Source: Octopus vulgaris
Lineage: Eukaryota
Reading direction: 5' to 3'
Assembly: GCA_951406725.2 (NCBI GenBank)
Contig: OX597835.1
Span: 14,384,001 to 14,448,000 of the forward strand
DNA: 64,000 nt
The notes beneath the pieces are model-generated. The model worked only from the letters and a program-made list of their open reading frames with translations. It was not told the DNA's origin and did no database searches. The position numbers and the translations under genes are program-made. Of the stretch, positions 56,186 to 64,000 are shown in pieces (position 1 is the first letter of the stretch; each line of letters opens with the position of its first letter).

Positions 56186-56982
56186 TATTTATATACATAC
56201 ACACAGAGGATTTCACAGAAATAGCCCGTGGAAGAATTAAATCTTGAAACACTTGCTTACGAAATGAGCACCATTACTTCCGCCCCAAACCATATCGGTA
56301 ATAATGACAATAACAACAACAATAACAACCATCGTCATTACCAGTATCACTGCAAATCGATCTCTTACTATAAATTAGATTGATCAAAGTCATTTGTTAA
56401 AATTTCAAACACGAATCGCCCAAAGCCTTGAGAATGAAACCGAGAAGTGAAGAACATACGTAGAGAGAAGAGAGAAAATCCATTTGATGAAACTGGACTG
56501 TGCAATTCATGAGGTAACAGGTGATCTCACACCGGGTCAAAATCGTTCTGGTTAAAGATGGATTTCTCGGCAACGGCATAACGTAATCTGTGGATACTCC
56601 GCCGCTTAACGAATAACTCAATGAATAGATATTTCGTTTCTTTGAACAATTGGAATACATACGGTCGGAAAATGATGCTGAGCCCTGTCTTTTACTTTTT
56701 ATTTTTATTACGAACCAAAATACGTCTAAGAAAATCATACACACACACATACACATATATATAGGCTACCATTGGTTTCAGGTTAAGACAATATCTTACT
56801 AATCTTAATTTTTCAAGACCGTCACATAGAGGAACAATGTTCGCCTCCATTCCTCCAAATGGTAGGCTTAAATTATTCGTTAAGCTATTAAGATATTTTC
56901 TTAACGTGAAACCGATGCTAGCTTTATTACACGAAGAAGTTTTATCCATATATGCGGTGTTGAGCACTCATTTACGTATATG

Positions 56983-57152
<170 letters not shown>

Positions 57153-57251
57153 CAGTTAATCCAAACAAGAAAACACAAAAAAACACAGCAACGCGAGGAC
57201 GTGGAACAAATATAGTATTATTGGACGCTCAGGAAGAAGGGAAGAAGGAGG

Positions 57252-57286
57252 GTTTAACGTTTCGAGCGGAGCTCTTCGTCGGAAAC
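57252..57286 (-). ncRNA. Minimal hammerhead motif (U4C variant) within a microsatellite-flanked element (~57150-57355)
   Basis: Minus strand: GTTT-CCGACGA-A-GAGC-TCC-GCTC-GAAAC-GTT-AAAC. Confidence 0.6.
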
Positions 57287-57354
57287 AAAGGAGAAGGAAA
57301 GATCCCGAGAAGGGAAGACAGAGGAAAAAAAAATTGCTGGCGGTGCTCACGAGG

Positions 57355-57438
<84 letters not shown>

Positions 57439-57756
57439 AAGTGATTATCCTCTTTTAAGAAACACTTTTCCTATAAAAGATGCGCTCATGCAACATCCCA
57501 TTACGAATAAATGCATGACTTAAAATAATAACAAAAGCGTTCACTGTACATTAAAATGGCGTATAGTCTGTACAACGGTTCCCTATAAAGGGAAAGAACG
57601 TAGCTGCCGATTATGTTTAAATGAAGCATTGGAAATTCTTAAAACAGACGACAGTGTTCTTAATAACAGAAAAGAGATAATCATTACCTGTTTACCCAGG
57701 AGATCCAGGGATTCATATTCTATAAAAAAAGCAAATCACTACAATAATAATGATCA

Positions 57757-58403
<647 letters not shown>

Positions 58404-58513
58404 ACATTATATCTGAGTATGCGTGTATATGCGTGCGTATATGTTTATCTGTATGTTTATGTATATGTGTCTGTATGTATATATGAGTATGCGCGTGTAT
58501 ATGTATGTGCATG

Positions 58514-58578
<65 letters not shown>

Positions 58579-58579
58579 C

Positions 58580-58616
<37 letters not shown>

Positions 58617-58665
58617 TACACATGTATATATATATATATATTCACACATGTATATATATATTTAC

Positions 58666-58696
<31 letters not shown>

Positions 58697-59278
58697 TGTA
58701 TATATATATATACGTGTATATATAAATATATATATATATATATGGATATATGAATATGTATGTAAATATATTATACGTCTTCTAATCTCTCTTCATATAC
58801 GTATTAAACATTTGTATATTCCTCTATCTCTCTGCGTTCAGCATGCATTGATGAAAACTCCTTAATGATTTTATGTCAGCACGCTCGTATACGTCCAAAT
58901 TTATATATATATATAGACACAAACACATACATACATACATACATACATACATACATACATACATGCATGCATACCATTTCGTACAAACGGTTTTTACGAA
59001 AGCTTCGGGTCTAACCAAACCGTCTTAGTGAAACCGTATATCAGATGGACTGTTCCTGTGATCCAAAGATGCCGCCATATTACACTTCGCGTGACGCTCA
59101 TTACATCGAAGGAATAATAAGGGATCATGCTACTCCGAGATACTATGCCACTTACACGTTGATTCAATAACTCGTCCCAGTTAATAAAACAACTGAACAC
59201 ACGTCATCAAAGCCGTTAGACTCCTATGTATTTTTACTCATATCTATCTTTCTGTCTCCACACATACAAACGTATATA

Positions 59279-59325
<47 letters not shown>

Positions 59326-59487
59326 TGAGATAGGGGTTGTAAATGCAACCCACCATGGGATGCCATGTATCCAATATACTGCTAGTGAGGTACCCAACAA
59401 AGTTAATACATAAATGTTAAGAATTGCGATACAATTAATTCATTATATTATATGGGCAAAGGTAAAATGTTTTACCACAAAATCATA

Positions 59488-60335
59488 ATACAAAATAAGA
59501 AAATGGAGAAATACATCGAAATCAAATATCAATTACCAGATAATACTCAATCACATACTTTATTAAACCACTACATAAGAAACTATAAGGTTAAATATAA
59601 TAATGCAGGGTAAAGCAGTGTACTTGAAGGAGTGTACATAAAATAGTAATGTTATACAATAAGTAGAATACGTATAATAGAACATAAATATAAGTACACG
59701 TAAATATAAATATAGACTATATCTTACAGCTGTTTCGGCCATGTAGATAAGCATGTCTCATTCAACTCATATTAGCCATTTATGGCAGGTCAATATGTAG
59801 TTATAAATGAGACATTTACAAAAACATCCTAAGGCCTCTTCGGAGATTACAAATTAGATTACTTATATACTTATAAAGGCGTGGGTATGTACCCATAATA
59901 AAACATATACATATACATATGAGTGCATATACTCATACTCATATACATATAACTATAAATATACATAATGATATAAATAATAAAAATTAATAAACATACA
60001 TATGCTCTTCGGATGTTTTTGTAAATGTCTCATTTATAACTACATATTGACCTACCATAAATGGCTAATATGAGTTGAATGAAACATGTTTATCTACATG
60101 GCCGAAACAGCTGTAAGATATAGTCTATATTTATATTTATGTGTACTTATATTTATGTTCTATTATACGTATTCTACTTATTGTATAACATTACTATTTT
60201 ATGTACACTCCTTCATGTACATTGCTTTACCCTGCATTATTATAGTTTCTTATGTAGTGTTTTAATAAAGTATGTGATTGAGTATTATTTGGTAATTGAT
60301 ATTTGATTTAGATGTATTTCTCCATTTTCTTATTT

Positions 60336-60340
<5 letters not shown>
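59488..60340. mobile_element. ~330-bp-arm inverted repeat (59488-59829 / 60011-60340) carrying a hammerhead; Penelope-like inverted terminal repeat (inferred)
   Basis: Arms are reverse complements with few mismatches and one ~12-bp indel; the surrounding element is flanked by (TA)n. Confidence 0.8.
59721..59847 (-). ncRNA. Type I hammerhead motif with long stem II insert (U4C variant)
   Basis: Minus strand: ATCT-CCGAAGA-GGCC-(insert with atgtctcatt/aatgagacat hairpin)-GGCC-GAAAC-AGCT-GTA-AGAT. Confidence 0.65.
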
Positions 60341-60382
<42 letters not shown>

Positions 60383-60428
60383 GTGTGTGTGTGCATGTAT
60401 ATATATACATACACATACATATTTACAG

Positions 60429-60459
<31 letters not shown>

Positions 60460-60481
60460 AATATGTATATATATATATATA

Positions 60482-60541
<60 letters not shown>

Positions 60542-61036
60542 ATTATATCTATATGCATAATCATATATATATACCCCCGCTCGCACACGCACACACATAG
60601 AGTTAGATCGATGTTGGGAAGAGAAAGAAATGGGGAGAAGTATCGCGTGTGTGTGTGCCCGTGCATGTATGTGTGTTTGCCTGTAGATATGTATATGCAT
60701 ATACGAACTTATACGTACGTATATGCATGATATCTTTAAATTTATACAGGTTATTAACGATATAAATCTCACTCCATCCTTTCCAAGCAATGTGTCTTAT
60801 TATTAACGATGATGTCAAGTACAGTACGGCGAAGATTTATTGTAACTTTATACATTTATGATATATTTGTCTAGTTTATATCTTTGGTAGCAGAAGAATG
60901 GGGGAAACATTTCTAATAGAGTTACTTGAGTATATAATGCTAATATGGATTATTTTAACAATTCTTTGCATCATCCTCCTTCAGCCAAACGATCAACCGA
61001 GTACGTTATCATTACACATCTACCTATAACACTTAC

Positions 61037-61139
<103 letters not shown>

Positions 61140-61278
61140 CGTATATATATATATATTTGTGTGTGTGTAAAATTGATTCCCTTATATCCGTACAAGCATG
61201 GCAAATTTAACCATTTCTCCGCAGATTGAAAACAATGTTGAAGAGCCTAAATCGATGTCTCGATACAAATTTGGGACT

Positions 61279-61373
<95 letters not shown>

Positions 61374-61441
61374 CATGAATCGCTAGCTTCTGCACGCATT
61401 TTCTTCTCTCCTTGTTTCTCTCCGTGTTTCTTTTCTGTGTA

Positions 61442-61479
61442 TCTTTCTGTTGAAGAGCGTAGGCTCGAAACGTAAAAGA
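61442..61479 (+). ncRNA. Minimal hammerhead motif (A6U variant); relative of the 57252 element
   Basis: TCTTT-CTGTTGA-A-GAGC-GTAG-GCTC-GAAAC-GTA-AAAGA; downstream tgagcg..taatac..tccac..gtcctcg matches the 57150-57250 reverse complement. Confidence 0.6.
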
Positions 61480-61807
61480 CTTGTTTTATTTATATTCATG
61501 AGCGCCATACTAATACAATTGTTTGTTTGTACTCCACCTGTCCTCGTCTTTTGTTTATTTTCATAAAGCTTCCCGTTATATATCGTGTAACATCGTCTGT
61601 TTTTCCGTCCTTGTTTTCGTATACATACGATGCTTTTTTTCTAAGGAATCTAATGCTTAGTTTTTCCTTGGGGATGGCCAGATTGGAGCAATCTCAAGAT
61701 TAATCAGCCGAAATTGCATGTTTAAATATATATGTGTGTATTTATATATACACATATATATATATATACATGTATTTATATATATATATATATGTGTATA
61801 TATATAC

Positions 61808-61840
<33 letters not shown>

Positions 61841-61881
61841 TATATACACAGATACATACATACATACATACATACATAACT

Positions 61882-62270
61882 GGAGGAGTGGATGTGGTGA
61901 GAAGCTTCCTTACCAACCATATGGTTCTGGGTTCAGTCACACTGCGTGGCACCTTGGGCAAGTGTCTTTTACTATAGCCTCGGGCCAACCAAAGCTCTGT
62001 GAGTGGATTTGGCAGACGGAAACTGAAAGAAGCCTGTCGTATATAGATATATATGTATGTGCTTGTGCTTCTCTGTTCGTTTTCACCCAACATCGCTTGT
62101 CAAGCAATGCTGGTTTGTTTACGTCCCCGTAACTTAGCGGTTCGGCACAAGATATCGATAGAATAAGAACTAGGCTTACAAAGAATGTGTTGGGGGCGAT
62201 TTGCTCGACTAAAAGGTGGTGCTCCAGCATGGCTACAGTCAAATGGCTGAAACAAATGAAAGAAAATGAC
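61882..62270 (+). mobile_element. Family A SINE (diverged)
   Basis: Complete unit with short internal microsatellite. Confidence 0.85.
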
Positions 62271-62343
62271 AGAAATATATATTTATATATATATTCATAC
62301 ACGCACACAAACATACACACACATATATATACATATATATACA

Positions 62344-62388
<45 letters not shown>

Positions 62389-62550
62389 TACACAAACAAA
62401 CAAACACACACATATATATATATATATGTATATATATTCATACACAAACAAACACACATGTATATATGTATATATATATATATATATGGGCCCGTGTGGG
62501 CAGCCATCTAAAAGTTTTTGTGCATCTTGATGCTGACATAAGTTCCTTGT

Positions 62551-62633
62551 TTTTCCTGATGAGAAGGCGGCATAATGCACCCCTTATTCCTTCGAAATTA
62601 GGAATATGCAGCCTTCGAAACATATGTCGAAAA
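62551..62633 (+). ncRNA. Type I hammerhead ribozyme motif, intact core
   Basis: TTTTC-CTGATGA-GAAGGC-G-GCATA...TATGC-A-GCCTTC-GAAAC-ATAT-GTC-GAAAA. Stems I and II pair, palindromic stem III ACATATGT, GUC site; lies in a (TA)n-flanked element (~62488-62840). Confidence 0.85.
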
Positions 62634-62839
62634 TAAAGGAATTTTGTTAATTCGTCATTCAACTCCATTCTTTCATGTATTTGTATTTAAAAAAACACAC
62701 AAATTTCCACACGATAGCACGTGATCTCTGCCCTAGGAATGTAGCTTCAACTGTGTTTTTTCTGACGTGAATTTGCTACCCAGGTATCGGTTAACCGAAT
62801 TATCCATAATAAGATAATTCATTCATTCAACTACTCAAT

Positions 62840-62940
<101 letters not shown>

Positions 62941-62970
62941 TACACAAACAAACATATATGTATATATGTT

Positions 62971-63033
<63 letters not shown>

Positions 63034-63404
63034 GCCACCAGGCGTCTGTTGTATCTTCTCCAAAAGTGGAGATAATTTCCATAAATCCATTATGTATATT
63101 GTTCTGGTACATACCACGGGCGATAATGTGTCAGTGTGTTATTTATTTTAGCTCATTTCTTGAAAATTATGCAAATTAGGCAGGCCATAAATATATTCTA
63201 CTCTTTTTGTATTTTTTTTTTTTTTGTATATGTTTAAGCTTCGCGCGTCTTCTGCAAGCGAGAAGAATATTGCGGCAGGTTCACATAAATTGACACTTTA
63301 TCATAGCTTTATGTATTTCGAGTTTCCCAGGTGAAAACAGTATATTTCCTGTATCTCAAAGTTACTGAGTGTGTATGTGTGTGTGTGTGTGTGTGTGATG
63401 GTGT

Positions 63405-63711
63405 GTGGCGGAGTGGTTATGGTATCTGGTTCCCGATCGTAAGTTCGTGAGTTCAATTCCCGGCTGCGCGTTGTGTCCTTGAGCAAGACACTTTATTTCA
63501 CGTTGCTCCTGTCTACTCAGCTGGCAAATAATGAGTCGTTGCCGTAATGCAATGGTCCACCCTTGTCACATTCTGTGTCCAGCTGAAACTTCCCAAGAAT
63601 TATGTTAAGGTCACGTGGGATCTGTGGAGTGACCAACCACTTGCACGTTAATTTTACGAACAGGCTTTTCCGTTGATCAAACCAACTGGAACCTTCATCA
63701 TCGTAACCGAC
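63405..63711 (+). mobile_element. Family C SINE
   Basis: tggcggagtgg A-box, gagttcaattccc B-box, gtgtccttgagcaagacac block, family D-like tail. Confidence 0.8.
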
Positions 63712-63940
63712 AGTTATATATATATTTAAACACAATAGGACATCTGACTCACTAGAAAGAGCAGTTAAACTCCAAACCACTAATAGTTGTAATTCTGAAA
63801 TGGAAAGAGAAATAAAAACGTTTACCCTATCCTTTATGGACTATGCATAGTTTCGGCAATCTTTTGTAAATAAAATAAAATTATTTTAATTTACGATTGA
63901 CATTCCCATCTTCAGCAGAAAACCAAGGCTAGCATATATA

Positions 63941-64000
63941 TAAGTTCAGCAAAATTTTAATTCAGATGAATATGGTACTTAACTCAAAGGCACCAGAATT
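63941..64000 (+). mobile_element. Start of another copy of the 43441 element (runs off window end)
   Basis: taagttcagcaaaatttt...gaatatggtacttaac..gcaccagaatt after a short (TA)n. Confidence 0.75.

Noticed and set aside
56397-56967. Two minus-strand ORFs with non-repetitive composition
   Set aside because: No recognisable motif; possibly an old TE relic, but not supportable without a search.

Overview
AT-rich, repeat-saturated eukaryotic genomic DNA. I infer a cephalopod (Octopus-like) origin from the SINE/microsatellite landscape; this is not verified. I cannot support any intact host protein-coding exon: nearly all ORFs in the track come from (TA)n, (CA)n, (AAT)n or (CAC)n repeats, or from SINEs. 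The window holds dozens of tRNA-derived SINE copies in about 6 modular families, and decayed LINE fragments (RTE, L1/Tx1, R4/Dong-type). It also holds hAT and Tc1/mariner transposase relics and GG...CC-ended foldback MITEs with 8-bp TSDs and internal TTAGGG repeats. The most interesting signal is non-coding: about 12 type I hammerhead-ribozyme (HHR) motifs of the minimal, palindromic-stem-III kind known from Penelope-like elements and retrozymes. Five lie in a 240-bp tandem array (31.8-32.9 kb) whose unit couples a tRNA-like Pol III head to a hammerhead. The others are dispersed, most in short elements embedded in (TA)n tracts; some such tracts also hold elements with inverted terminal duplications. 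All structures were read and base-paired by eye; no folding program or database search was run. Family letters A-F are my own labels.
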